A stretch of DNA of 64,000 nt from the IMG/VR virus record IMGVR_UViG_3300012920_000031, positions 4,061 through 68,060 of that record; one strand, given 5' to 3'. The position numbers and the translations under genes are program-made. The DNA is from a virus. The notes beneath the pieces are model-generated. The model did not search any database, was not told the DNA's origin, and saw only the letters and a program-made list of their open reading frames with translations. Below are positions 45,583 to 55,234 of this stretch, piece by piece. How positions within the stretch are numbered: the first letter of the stretch is position 1; every line of letters begins with the position of its first letter.

Positions 45583-46833
45583 TTATTTTGTCTTTATTCC
45601 TGCCAATGTTTGCATTCTATTGAATAAAGGATTGGCATCCTTTGTAGATTGCTCTTTTCGAGCCGCGACAAGTAACGATGACTTCCTCGATACCATTTCA
45701 CTTAAAGTAGCTTCCCTCTTCACGTCTGAAGTAGTAGCAACTGTATCGTTCATAGTTTCAAATACAATCTTTGCTTCTTGTACTGTTTCGGCTTTCGAAA
45801 TGGCTTCGACAATTTTTCTTTTTTGTCGCTCATTCAAGGAGGCATTCTCAAGAGCCTGGTTAATATACAGCAACTTTGCGTTAGAAACATTCATGGTTTC
45901 CAACTTTTCTTGCAGAGTTTCAAATGCTGCACTATATTCTTTGTTTTGTTCCTGCAGCTTTGTTGCCGCAGAAGATAGTGTCTTGTTTTCTTTTTGAAGA
46001 GCGGCAACATTCTTGCGAAGTTCCTCATTCTCTTCTTTTACTTTGCTGTCTTGCTCTCTTGCAAGCAGCATTGATTCATATTCTTGCATAATCGATTCTG
46101 GTGTTCCGGCCCAGCCAGACTTTTGAGGGGTGCCTTCAACTCGAACTCTTTCCATAAGCTCATCAAGATCAATTTCTTCTTCTAGCTCATCTATTTCTTC
46201 TTCGAGTTCTTCTTCGTTCAATGCATCCTTCAAAGCGTCAGTAATTATTTCTTCCAAGGCAGCGGCTGACATTGGAGAGTCACCAGTAATATCTATTCCA
46301 ACATCACCTCCACTAGCTATCATGTCATCTATGGCAGTGTCAAAATCTGAGTCTGCTGCTATATCTTCATCACTCTGGAGATCGATTCCTATTTCATCAT
46401 CTGCTAGTTCATCATCCCCACCAAATAGACCGATATCCTGGTCATCATCGTCACCAATCTCGTCCTCAAGAGAATCAAGCTTAATTTGAATAATTTCATC
46501 TTCATCAGATGCAAACGCATCAGGGACCTGAGCTTCAACATCATCTGATTTTATAGTTGGTTCTGCTTCTTGTTCTTCACCCGCTTCTTCAGGCGCGGCG
46601 GCTGCAGCCTCTGCTGCTGGATCTGAATCTTCTAGTCCAGCGAGAGGGTCCTCTCCTGTATTATCGCCAAACAAATCTGCCATTGCGTCGGCACCCTCTT
46701 GCTCTAAGAGCTGATTCATTGCTTGCTTTACTTCTAAAGAATACTTTTCAATAACGAGCTGTTCTGCGTTCTTGAGAGCAGCATCCTTCAAAGCCGTAGC
46801 ATCGATGATGGCTCTTTCAAGTAGATTTGACAT
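45583..46833 (-). CDS. Prohead scaffolding/core protein (gp22-like)
   Basis: Acidic plus coiled coil, immediately upstream of major capsid gene; NAKLLY, C-terminal RMQTLAGI; ATG 46833 with AGGAG SD. Confidence 0.8.
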   Translation of the reverse strand: MSNLLERAIIDATALKDAALKNAEQLVIEKYSLEVKQAMNQLLEQEGADAMADLFGDNTGEDPLAGLEDSDPAAEAAAAAPEEAGEEQEAEPTIKSDDVEAQVPDAFASDEDEIIQIKLDSLEDEIGDDDDQDIGLFGGDDELADDEIGIDLQSDEDIAADSDFDTAIDDMIASGGDVGIDITGDSPMSAAALEEIITDALKDALNEEELEEEIDELEEEIDLDELMERVRVEGTPQKSGWAGTPESIMQEYESMLLAREQDSKVKEENEELRKNVAALQKENKTLSSAATKLQEQNKEYSAAFETLQEKLETMNVSNAKLLYINQALENASLNERQKRKIVEAISKAETVQEAKIVFETMNDTVATTSDVKREATLSEMVSRKSSLLVAARKEQSTKDANPLFNRMQTLAGIKTK

Positions 46834-46890
46834 GTTTTTGACTCCTAACAATTTATACGTATAAAGTGGACAAACGAGTTTGCCTCTTAG

Positions 46891-46898
46891 TAAATAGT
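46891..46898 (-). promoter_or_regulatory. Putative late promoter motif ACTATTTA (representative copy upstream of scaffold-capsid)
   Basis: Same motif recurs before many structural genes (see findings). Confidence 0.6.
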
Positions 46899-46938
46899 GC
46901 TAGGGCACAGCAAAGGGAAGGAAAAAATTTTTGATGTA

Positions 46939-47664
46939 TTAGAAGGTAGAAATAGCTGCCGACAATTTAACATCTGCGTCGTTCGCTTCAGATGAAACAA
47001 AATAGACCTTATCTATACCTGCTATTGGCAGGATGTGGGTTCTTGCTGTGTTTGCCGCGGTAAATATAGCATCCACATAAGCTAACTCTGCAGTTGTGTG
47101 TGCTCCATTCTGTACACCAACGGGTAATTGAATTACACCCCACTCTCCAAATGCATAATTGTACCCATACACTGTGATCGTTACGCCGCCACCGGTGGAG
47201 TCGTACAGCCACAAATGCAGGTATCTTGCATTCTCAGTTCGAACCCCATCGACAGTTTGTTGAACTAGGGTACCTCTTGCACTTAAAGTCAAACTATTCA
47301 GTACGTGCTGGCTAATATCTCCAGGCACTGTAACTACAGTTTCATTAGCTGCATCATTGGTGCTAATAATGTTGAGAGGCTTTCCGTCCACAAGTTGATG
47401 AAACCCACGCGTTATAACTACTCCAGAAGCGCCGTCGAATACATTTGTGCCCAAACTATCGGCCGTAGTGAGTGTTATTCTCCGCGTTGCGGCGTTCAGT
47501 GCTACTCCACTAATTGTTTCTCTTTTATCGTTATCTGGTGCGGCACTATCAATTATCGTAGTATCTGAAGTTGCGGCTGATGTAACTCTGGTTCCGTCTT
47601 CTCCTAAAATATTTTTTGGTCTGCGGACCCTGCCCCACGCTGAGTGTCTATGAAATTGTGACAT
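46939..47664 (-). CDS. Hypothetical (probable virion) protein
   Basis: AGGAG SD; beta-rich, in head module. Confidence 0.6.
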   Translation of the reverse strand: MSQFHRHSAWGRVRRPKNILGEDGTRVTSAATSDTTIIDSAAPDNDKRETISGVALNAATRRITLTTADSLGTNVFDGASGVVITRGFHQLVDGKPLNIISTNDAANETVVTVPGDISQHVLNSLTLSARGTLVQQTVDGVRTENARYLHLWLYDSTGGGVTITVYGYNYAFGEWGVIQLPVGVQNGAHTTAELAYVDAIFTAANTARTHILPIAGIDKVYFVSSEANDADVKLSAAISTF

Positions 47665-47675
47665 TATCTGTTCTC

Positions 47676-47912
47676 CTAATCAAATTTATTAAACTTGTCT
47701 TTCATCTTTTGGGTTGATTTTTGGGACAACCTCTTTTTATTTTCCCGTTTTTCTTTTCTTTTTAGAGACTTAGATTTAAAATATCTTCTATTCCTTGTCT
47801 CTTCAAAAATGCCAACTTTCTTGCATTTTCTTGTAAACTTTTTTATCATTCTCGCCACTTGACTTTGATCTGTAATCACTATCTCAACATGGCATGGTTT
47901 TCCTCTGCTCAT
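47676..47912 (-). CDS. rpsU: Phage-encoded 30S ribosomal protein bS21
   Basis: V....Q.V.RMIKKFTRKCKK.GI..E.R.RRYF...S.KR; located in head gene module. Confidence 0.8.
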   Translation of the reverse strand: MSRGKPCHVEIVITDQSQVARMIKKFTRKCKKVGIFEETRNRRYFKSKSLKRKEKRENKKRLSQKSTQKMKDKFNKFD

Positions 47913-47922
47913 CGTTTCTCCT

Positions 47923-48339
47923 TTACTTTAGAGCGTTCCACTTCTGACCTGCTAAACTAAACAAACCGCTGATATCAACACCAGCATCATTAGGGTCTCT
48001 GCCAGCCATAGGGCCTTGAGCCGGCGTTGCTCCCGGCGTGCCACCCTGTTTTAGAGGCTCAGTGCCTTCAAATACATTTGCCATCTTTGAATTACCCATA
48101 GCGTCTAGCATTTTACGCTTTGTTTCAAGCATCTTTTTTCTTCTAGACTCCAGTTCTTTCTCTCTGGCTTCTTCCAAAACCGCTGGGGATGACTGTACAG
48201 CTTTTGTCTCTACTAAGGTACCCTGAGCTTTCGTAATGCCAAAAGCTACCTCTGCTACAAGATTAGACAGCACTCCTTCTTCAAAAAGGACCTCCTTGAC
48301 GCATTCCTTGATTATACTTTTCAATTCTGACTTTTTCAT
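47923..48339 (-). CDS. Hypothetical head-associated protein
   Basis: MKKSELKSIIKECVKEVLFEE N-terminus; follows protease. Confidence 0.65.
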   Translation of the reverse strand: MKKSELKSIIKECVKEVLFEEGVLSNLVAEVAFGITKAQGTLVETKAVQSSPAVLEEAREKELESRRKKMLETKRKMLDAMGNSKMANVFEGTEPLKQGGTPGATPAQGPMAGRDPNDAGVDISGLFSLAGQKWNALK

Positions 48340-48941
48340 TTTTCTCCAAACTTGTGCAAGAAATTATTTAATGCACGGTCAATTTTATCTTCTTTAGTAA
48401 AAATGTTTGTTGGACTCTTTGCCTCTGTCATCATAAACGCACCTGGTGTAGATGGGTCCGAAACCATGTCAAAACAAAGAAGCTGGAAATCATCTTCTAC
48501 CATGGTAACACCATTTCGTTCCGAGACTGAGCCCATACCTCTAGAAGAGATGCCTAGTTTTACTCCTGATTCCACAAGAGAGCGAAGAATTTGTCCAGAT
48601 GGAGTATTCAAAACCCGAATAGTTCCCATACACTGGTTGCCTTCCATCCAGATTCTTGTCACCATATGAGAGGCGTTAGCGAGATTTATAACAGAACTAT
48701 CTGGATGATCCAACTCGCCAAGGGCGCGCCTGTCGTTTACAAGTCTAGCATAATTTTTTACCTCTCTTTCTAAAATTGGAAAAGGATATATTCTACCGTT
48801 TCCGTTTTTAGTTTCTGCACACTGCATCAAGCCTGAAAGCATCATACCACCGTCTTGTACAAACTTTTTATCTGCTTCTGTTAAAAGGTCCTGGCAAACA
48901 CCGCCTTCACATAATTCAAAATATTCTCTAATAATCTTCAT
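48336..48941 (-). CDS. Prohead core protease (T4 gp21-like)
   Basis: NGNGRIYP, ALGELDHP, ASH, TPSGQIL, LGISSRGMGS, FDMVSDPSTPGA; ATG 48941. Confidence 0.95.
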   Translation of the reverse strand: MKIIREYFELCEGGVCQDLLTEADKKFVQDGGMMLSGLMQCAETKNGNGRIYPFPILEREVKNYARLVNDRRALGELDHPDSSVINLANASHMVTRIWMEGNQCMGTIRVLNTPSGQILRSLVESGVKLGISSRGMGSVSERNGVTMVEDDFQLLCFDMVSDPSTPGAFMMTEAKSPTNIFTKEDKIDRALNNFLHKFGEK

Positions 48942-48983
48942 AATCGTCCTCTCGAAAATAATTGCGGGGGCCACCCGCGTCAA

Positions 48984-49049
48984 CTAGCAACCATTCTTGC
49001 AGCGTCGAACTGGTCTGAGCATTCTCTTTATTGTAACCAAATTTCTCAT
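48984..49049 (-). CDS. 21-aa basic Cys-containing peptide (not in ORF track)
   Basis: AAGGAG SD, ATGA overlap with upstream gene; MRNLVTIKRMLRPVRRCKNGC-TAG. Confidence 0.6.
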   Translation of the reverse strand: MRNLVTIKRMLRPVRRCKNGC

Positions 49050-49357
49050 TTTGTCTCCTTTACAAGATGTTCTATCTTTATTCCGTCGTCTCCAAAAACC
49101 ATATTTCCTATATAAGATGCTGCAGAACCAGCAAATCCCAAAAGAAGTCCGGTAATAAACGAATTATCAAAAGTAAATAGTTGTGTATAGTCCTTTACGG
49201 ACCATAAAAATAGGCCTACCCAAAAGCCAGTGCACATAGAGCAACTAAGCAATTGCCCTAACTTTCCGGACTTTGGTCGGATTGGGTCGAAGATTTTTCC
49301 GTAAACGAGGATCTGAGTTAGGCCGTATGAAATAAGGCAAAACCAAATAAATGTCAC
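49046..49357 (-). CDS. DUF1360-like membrane protein
   Basis: IFDPIR...GQLLSCSMCTGFWVG, three hydrophobic helices; GTG start. Confidence 0.7.
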   Translation of the reverse strand: MTFIWFCLISYGLTQILVYGKIFDPIRPKSGKLGQLLSCSMCTGFWVGLFLWSVKDYTQLFTFDNSFITGLLLGFAGSAASYIGNMVFGDDGIKIEHLVKETK

Positions 49358-49911
49358 GAATCCTCACTTTCATTCCCCTCTCTTACAAGGGAATAGTTAT
49401 ACATAAATCCATATGGACGAACAGAAGGGTCGTTAGTACCCTTCTTAGCAGCGTGTGGGACATCTCCAAGCTCTGTAGAATCTTCGGGAGATGGACGAAG
49501 CATTGCGTCAAGTCTATCCTCATCGTATTCCGCGGATGCTTTAAAATATGGACGCTCACCAGTTATGTATTCATGAATTGAAAATAACAATGCTTGATTA
49601 TAATCTACACCAGGAATTTTTGATTCTAACATTTCCGCCTCTAAAGAACCAAAAACGTTGCCTCCTCTAACTGAAGATGCACTTATGAGGCCCTTCTTGG
49701 ATAAAAAGTGAAACATTCTATCCTGAGCATAATATACCTTTTCGGACATTGTTTTTTTTGGGAAAGTTATACATTTTCTTTTATCTTTCAACAAAACGAT
49801 ATCAATATCTTCATGATCAAGAATAATAATATTTCCATCTATCGTTCGACGAGCTTTTAGCTCAATTCTAGGATCTAGTTTTATTTCTATATCAATCGCC
49901 ATTGTTCTCAA
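49354..49911 (-). CDS. Hypothetical protein
   Basis: Coupled ORF between portal and protease; likely start ATG 49902. Confidence 0.65.
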   Translation of the reverse strand: MRTMAIDIEIKLDPRIELKARRTIDGNIIILDHEDIDIVLLKDKRKCITFPKKTMSEKVYYAQDRMFHFLSKKGLISASSVRGGNVFGSLEAEMLESKIPGVDYNQALLFSIHEYITGERPYFKASAEYDEDRLDAMLRPSPEDSTELGDVPHAAKKGTNDPSVRPYGFMYNYSLVREGNESEDS

Positions 49912-50719
49912 ACTCTTCCAAAATTTGCTGTGTTGTCAAAACTATTTCTAAAGTCTCGGTATCTATTTCTCTATTCTTGGTCTCATCTAAAACAGCATAG
50001 ACCTTCTGTATTTTTTGCTTGATATCGCTATCAATATTTTGTTGAGATTCAGTTATCTCTGAAAGCTTGTCTTTTATTCTTCCTATTTCTTCATTAAGGT
50101 ATATCTTTAGTTCCACTTGATTATCATCAAATGATGAAATATAATTGTTGAGAAGCTTTTTTTGATTTTCGCTAAGCATCTCTGAATATTCTTCATTGAA
50201 TTTTGTAACAAATGTACTGTATATTATCGAGTCCATTGGTTGTTGAGATTCTTGTTTTGTTTGAACAGATGCTGACATTTGATCTACTATGTTCTCTTCC
50301 AACAAGACTCTATCTTTTACTGGTAGCGCATCTTGAAAGATAGAATATACTGATGCTATTGTTTTGTAGTTAGGTACAAAGTTGCTGTAAACTTTATTTG
50401 ACAGTGTTCTGTTTATTTTACTAATCAATGCTGATTGTTCTAAGAACAATTTTCTCTTATCAAGGGAATCATGCTCTTGCTTTACTTGCACAACAATCTT
50501 CTCTGCTGTTGTTTTCTCAATATGTCTGGTTTCATATATGGTCTTATAAAGTTCTAACTCTTTTTTCAGTACGGAATCACCAGAAAAGTGCTCCTTTATA
50601 ATAGAAACAATTTTATTTTGCTTATTCTTATTGTTCTTTACAACAGATTCTGTAAGTTCTCTTACGAGTGCCTCATAAACAAATGCAGTGTTTCTTTTTT
50701 TATTATGCTTCAGTCTCAT
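49892..50719 (-). CDS. Helical hypothetical protein downstream of portal
   Basis: MRLKHNKKRNTAFVYEALVRE...NYKTIASVY. Confidence 0.7.
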   Translation of the reverse strand: MRLKHNKKRNTAFVYEALVRELTESVVKNNKNKQNKIVSIIKEHFSGDSVLKKELELYKTIYETRHIEKTTAEKIVVQVKQEHDSLDKRKLFLEQSALISKINRTLSNKVYSNFVPNYKTIASVYSIFQDALPVKDRVLLEENIVDQMSASVQTKQESQQPMDSIIYSTFVTKFNEEYSEMLSENQKKLLNNYISSFDDNQVELKIYLNEEIGRIKDKLSEITESQQNIDSDIKQKIQKVYAVLDETKNREIDTETLEIVLTTQQILEEFENNGD

Positions 50720-52730
50720 TCTTTTCGTCCCTCGCTTTTAGACTCTTGAAAAGAGCATCCAACTCTTTTTGCTCTTTAAGGATTTTAGATTCCTCTACTT
50801 TATAATTAGTTCCATTTGATTCATAAATGCTTGTTCCCCTCGCTAAACTTGAAAGCTCTCCCATTCCAGGGAACATCTTTCTGATTGTTCCGGTTTCTGG
50901 TGAAGCTGCTCTGTTCATGTTTTTCTTTCGAGGGCCTGATCCTTTTCTCCTGTCGCCGCCTGCCTTGAGGCCGCGCGGTTCATACCATCCATGAGATTTT
51001 GCAGTGGTAGTTCTACCTTTTGAGTCTTCACGCTTACCTGGTGGAGCTGCTAGAAGATCTCCTTCTTCTGCGCCTCCTCCGGGGGCTGCTGCGGGGGTAT
51101 CTCCTCCTGCTGCAGCGCCAGCGTCACCGCCAGCTCCTGCGCCAGCATCAAGACCTGCAGTAAGATCAGGCTCAGCACCTACAGTTCCAGTACCACCAGG
51201 CGTGCCTGTATCACCGCCGGCGTCAAGTGCGTCGACTCCAGCATCAATTCCAGCGGTCATTTCAGCCTGCTCAGCTTCACCAACAGTCTCCAAGGCTGCT
51301 TCAAATCTCTTGTCATAAAACATTTCTCTTCTATTCCTAATAAATTCTTCATCAGACATGCCAAATAAAGTCTTAGCCAACCATTGCTTAGAGAAAAACC
51401 CTTCCGTTGCGGATCCGACAATATCAAACTCAGTTTTCCAATGCTCTAGTTCTTGCATCTCTGCAATCTTCGAAGGATTGTTCAAGTGACAGGTAAAAGA
51501 AACTAAATCCTCTTCTCTATATCCTAAAGTGTAAAGATGAATGATTCCAATCTTTTCAACTTCTGTTATAATCGATCTTTGTAGTCTCTGTACAGTTCTC
51601 GCAAATCTAATATCTTTTTGCGCGAGAGTTGTTTTATCTTCTACAGCTTTTTCTCCATCTGAAGATATATAAGCTGCCGGCACCTTGAGGGCTGAAAACA
51701 ACTTATCTCTTAGATACTTTACATCGTCAATATCCCCAGTGTATTTACCACCACCGACAGGCTCAATCTTTGTTGAGCTTTGACCGCGCACAGGAATAAA
51801 GTAATCTTCTTCAATTGACAAAGGGTTATATCTTAGGTCAACCCGGCCGGTAGTTGGATCAACTACTTGATTCCTCTTCATTGTGGTCATAACTTTCTGC
51901 ATATACTGCTCAACATCTTGTGGTGGTATATTTCCTACATCAATATAGAATGCTCTTCTATCAGGTGAGCGAACGATTCTGTATGCCATCATAGCATCTT
52001 CCAAGAGCGTCAACTGTCTCCATATTCTTCTAGCCGGTTCCAAAACAGAAGTTCCATATGGGTTGTATTTGTCTTGGCCTAGAATCCTAAAATGTCCAAT
52101 TTGCCAGTTTTCAAATGTCATGCCAGCAGAATTCCATTGATATTGAACATAGTTTGGATTTGTCTTATCTTCTCCTTCTATCCTTTCTAATTCTTGTGTT
52201 GGTAAACCAATAACTGAGGTGATACCTAGTTTATCATCCAAGTCTAAGTACAAAAAGAAGTCTCCATACTTACACATGGTTCTACACCATGAAAATAAAT
52301 TGTGCTCTATATTCAAAACATTCTGATACAAAGATTCCAGTATTGCTTTTATTTCTTCATTATCGCAACTGACCGAAAGCATAGGCGTCAGGCTAGAGTA
52401 TGTTGTCATTTCATCTGCATAAATATCTAGTGCAGATGCGATTTCAGGGGTGTATTCCATCTGATCAAAGTCAACATATCTTTCAGTTCGTTGCTGAGAT
52501 GCCATGTATCCAGACTGTAAATTATCATAAGGATTATATGCTGTCTTTTTAAAATCTCTTCCAGATGCTGATGTAAACTTACTGGCATACTTATCCAGTT
52601 CTATTCTACGAAGTCTGTGGTTGTTTTGAGTCCTGTACTGTGTTAGGGGGCCAGAAAGAAGTCTAGTCAACCTTCTAAACAGTAAGCTCTGCGGGTTTCT
52701 TGTATTGTTCTTGTTGTTTTTACCTGCCAT
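50703..52730 (-). CDS. Portal protein (T4 gp20-like)
   Basis: PEIASALD, LLEDAMMAYRIVRSPDRRAFYIDVGN, EEDYFIPVR, DIDDVKYLRDKLFSALKVP. Confidence 0.95.
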   Translation of the reverse strand: MAGKNNKNNTRNPQSLLFRRLTRLLSGPLTQYRTQNNHRLRRIELDKYASKFTSASGRDFKKTAYNPYDNLQSGYMASQQRTERYVDFDQMEYTPEIASALDIYADEMTTYSSLTPMLSVSCDNEEIKAILESLYQNVLNIEHNLFSWCRTMCKYGDFFLYLDLDDKLGITSVIGLPTQELERIEGEDKTNPNYVQYQWNSAGMTFENWQIGHFRILGQDKYNPYGTSVLEPARRIWRQLTLLEDAMMAYRIVRSPDRRAFYIDVGNIPPQDVEQYMQKVMTTMKRNQVVDPTTGRVDLRYNPLSIEEDYFIPVRGQSSTKIEPVGGGKYTGDIDDVKYLRDKLFSALKVPAAYISSDGEKAVEDKTTLAQKDIRFARTVQRLQRSIITEVEKIGIIHLYTLGYREEDLVSFTCHLNNPSKIAEMQELEHWKTEFDIVGSATEGFFSKQWLAKTLFGMSDEEFIRNRREMFYDKRFEAALETVGEAEQAEMTAGIDAGVDALDAGGDTGTPGGTGTVGAEPDLTAGLDAGAGAGGDAGAAAGGDTPAAAPGGGAEEGDLLAAPPGKREDSKGRTTTAKSHGWYEPRGLKAGGDRRKGSGPRKKNMNRAASPETGTIRKMFPGMGELSSLARGTSIYESNGTNYKVEESKILKEQKELDALFKSLKARDEKNETEA

Positions 52731-52733
52731 ATC

Positions 52734-54320
52734 TTATCCCTTAAATAACCAAGGAAAGTTGGTTACGTTATGTTGATGCTTGTTCATTTGATCAGTCATC
52801 TTTAGTTTTTGGGTACCTACCATACCCTTTATTCTAGTATCTAGTTTATTGGAGTTCCTTGTTATAGCCCCAACAAAAGCTTTTGCATATTCTGCGTCTC
52901 TTTGGTTCACTGATAATGCCGTATCTCTGACCCAACATCCTACTGCGCATGCCATAATAAGGTCATCATTATAAGATCTCATAGCTTCAGCGCGTCCATT
53001 ATTCCAAACAAAAGTTCTCATTTCAGAAAGCAGTCTCTGTGAATATATCTTAATTAGACCATTTCTTATGAATTCTTCCATCTTAGCAACTATTAGAGGT
53101 CGAGTCTTTGAAGTTGTGGAAAAGCCCGCAACGGCATTTGACATCTGATCTGCTTGATATTCTTCTACAAATTCATGAGTCGATTTTACTGAATGGTACA
53201 AATTTGGGTACCTCATCTCCTTGAGTTTATCAAGCACTGCAAATCCAACGGAGTTGTTTTCCACTACCAAAAGACCATTCCCGTATTCCTGACCCATATC
53301 GTAAAGTACTCTAGAAAATACATCTGGTGTACACTTTCCTTGGTACTCAGCTACCATCTCCATTGTTTCTAATTTAAATACATGACAAACCGAATAGTCT
53401 TTACCGTCGCCTCTTGCAACATCAGCAGAGAGCAAGTAGGTATTCTCTTGCTTGCGTTCTTCCCATATCCAAAGATTTCTATCAAAACCGGTCCTATATT
53501 TAGGTTCTTTAGTCATGTCGTGGTAAATTTGCATATCTTCCGGTGAAAAGACTGTTTCCCCTGACATGTTGAAGTTGCACTCAAGTTCTTGCGCGATCTC
53601 TCTTCGAGACATGTTTCTTGTTTCTTTTTCGAACCAATCGTCATCACGGTCAGGATGTACATCCCATGGCAATTTTGTTGGAAAAAAATCATTTGTTTTG
53701 TTATCTGCTTCTGTATATATCTTGTGAAACCAATTACCTACACCGTTTGGTGTTGACAGCGCGATACAGCGTCCACCAGTTGATAATGTAGGATAAAGAC
53801 CCATCCATAAGTCGTCTAAACCTTCAACATGTGCAGCTTCGTCTATTACCAGTAATGACAATGCCTCTGATCGGCCTGCGTCTCCAGAGGTCGAAGAGGC
53901 CTTGATTTGCGAGCCATTAGATAAAACAAATGAAGTTCTGTTATCTATATCTACTGTAGAAATTCGTAACCATTCTGGTAGGTTTTTTATAATTGCTTTA
54001 ACTTTCTTTACTAAATTTGCTGCAGTGTTGAATTTTGTTGCTATCACGAGAACGTTTTTTTCTCTATGAAACATCATCATCCAAGCTACATAAGCAGCCG
54101 TGACTGTTGAAATACCTAACTGTCGCGCTTTCAGTATAACATTAAATCTATGATCTTCAAAGTCTTCTAGTAATTTTTCTTGAAATGGGTACAAATGAAA
54201 AGGTATAAGACCTTTCATTGGGTGTGTTATTTTTGCATACGTGTGAATGAAATATTCAGGTTTCTTGCCGCAACGGACAATCTCTTTCATTATTTCTTGC
54301 TTGGTAAGTTTTATTGGCAT
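52734..54320 (-). CDS. terL: Terminase large subunit
   Basis: KARQLGIS, LLVIDEAA, STPNG, QELECNF, ADVARG, VENN, NDDLIMA. Confidence 0.95.
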   Translation of the reverse strand: MPIKLTKQEIMKEIVRCGKKPEYFIHTYAKITHPMKGLIPFHLYPFQEKLLEDFEDHRFNVILKARQLGISTVTAAYVAWMMMFHREKNVLVIATKFNTAANLVKKVKAIIKNLPEWLRISTVDIDNRTSFVLSNGSQIKASSTSGDAGRSEALSLLVIDEAAHVEGLDDLWMGLYPTLSTGGRCIALSTPNGVGNWFHKIYTEADNKTNDFFPTKLPWDVHPDRDDDWFEKETRNMSRREIAQELECNFNMSGETVFSPEDMQIYHDMTKEPKYRTGFDRNLWIWEERKQENTYLLSADVARGDGKDYSVCHVFKLETMEMVAEYQGKCTPDVFSRVLYDMGQEYGNGLLVVENNSVGFAVLDKLKEMRYPNLYHSVKSTHEFVEEYQADQMSNAVAGFSTTSKTRPLIVAKMEEFIRNGLIKIYSQRLLSEMRTFVWNNGRAEAMRSYNDDLIMACAVGCWVRDTALSVNQRDAEYAKAFVGAITRNSNKLDTRIKGMVGTQKLKMTDQMNKHQHNVTNFPWLFKG

Positions 54321-54328
54321 ATGCCCTC

Positions 54329-54814
54329 TTACGACTTCAGGCCGCCGAGTTTTGTAAACTTTTCAAATTCAGGGTCTATTTCCTTCTCAGGTTCAGCCGG
54401 CACTCCGCCAATTTGATAGCACTTATGAACTTTTACAGTTGTACGCACACGAGAGATATATTCGACGAGAACATCAACCTCGCTTGGGTCCGAAAGAGAA
54501 AGAGAAGATTTGGTTACCTTCCTGTATTCCTTCTGCAGGAAAGACTTTACCTTCTCCACCATTGATTCCATTTCTCCTTCGAAACCATTTGAGTGAACTT
54601 CTTTTAGCGGTATCTCTGCATGATACTTAATATGTAAACGGTTCCCAACTATGCAGGCACTAAAGCCATCCATAATCCTGTGGTCAACAAGAGGGTTCCC
54701 CTCCTCCCTTCTCAAACCAATCTTAATTGGTTCGCCGGACTCATCAAGTGCCCCGTCATATGTGTTCGCGAGTACCTGCGAGATACCATTTATAATTTCT
54801 AAAGTTGTTGCCAT
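54329..54814 (-). CDS. Hypothetical protein
   Basis: GAGGA SD; two late-type motifs upstream. Confidence 0.65.
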   Translation of the reverse strand: MATTLEIINGISQVLANTYDGALDESGEPIKIGLRREEGNPLVDHRIMDGFSACIVGNRLHIKYHAEIPLKEVHSNGFEGEMESMVEKVKSFLQKEYRKVTKSSLSLSDPSEVDVLVEYISRVRTTVKVHKCYQIGGVPAEPEKEIDPEFEKFTKLGGLKS

Positions 54815-54859
54815 TATGTATAATCCTCTTGCAATAAATAGTTTGCTAATATTAAATAG

Positions 54860-55234
54860 TTAGTTGTTTGGTCTCCAGCCCGATTTCCAGCGTTCTTCTC
54901 TACCTTCAATGTATTGTATATAACAACTAAAACAACAATTAAACTTTGTCATATATACATCATCGTTCAAAGAAAATGAATAGGAGCCACAAACTGGGCA
55001 TGTTCTATCTACCTTGTGCGAAGTTTTCTTTTTCTTGACTCGAATATCTCCCACCATTTCTGTATTCTTTTTGCGTGATGACCTTTCGTAAAAAGCCTTG
55101 AGTTCTTCCAAATACTTAGCTTCTTTCTCTTTTGACCAAGATCCCTTAGGGTTTTGAATTGCCTCTTCTCCATACTTCTCCTTTATAGCTTTCTCTATTT
55201 TAGCTATTTGATTTAGATCTTTTTCTTTGCTCAC
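54860..55234 (-). CDS. Hypothetical protein with Zn-finger-like C-terminus
   Basis: GTG start overlapping upstream stop; CPVC...CCFSC. Confidence 0.65.
   Translation of the reverse strand: MSKEKDLNQIAKIEKAIKEKYGEEAIQNPKGSWSKEKEAKYLEELKAFYERSSRKKNTEMVGDIRVKKKKTSHKVDRTCPVCGSYSFSLNDDVYMTKFNCCFSCYIQYIEGREERWKSGWRPNN

Noticed and set aside
5634-54320. Inteins or introns in DnaE, RNR, helicase, RecA or TerL
   Set aside because: Protein lengths are normal, motifs are contiguous, and no C...HN intein ends or homing-endonuclease motifs were seen.
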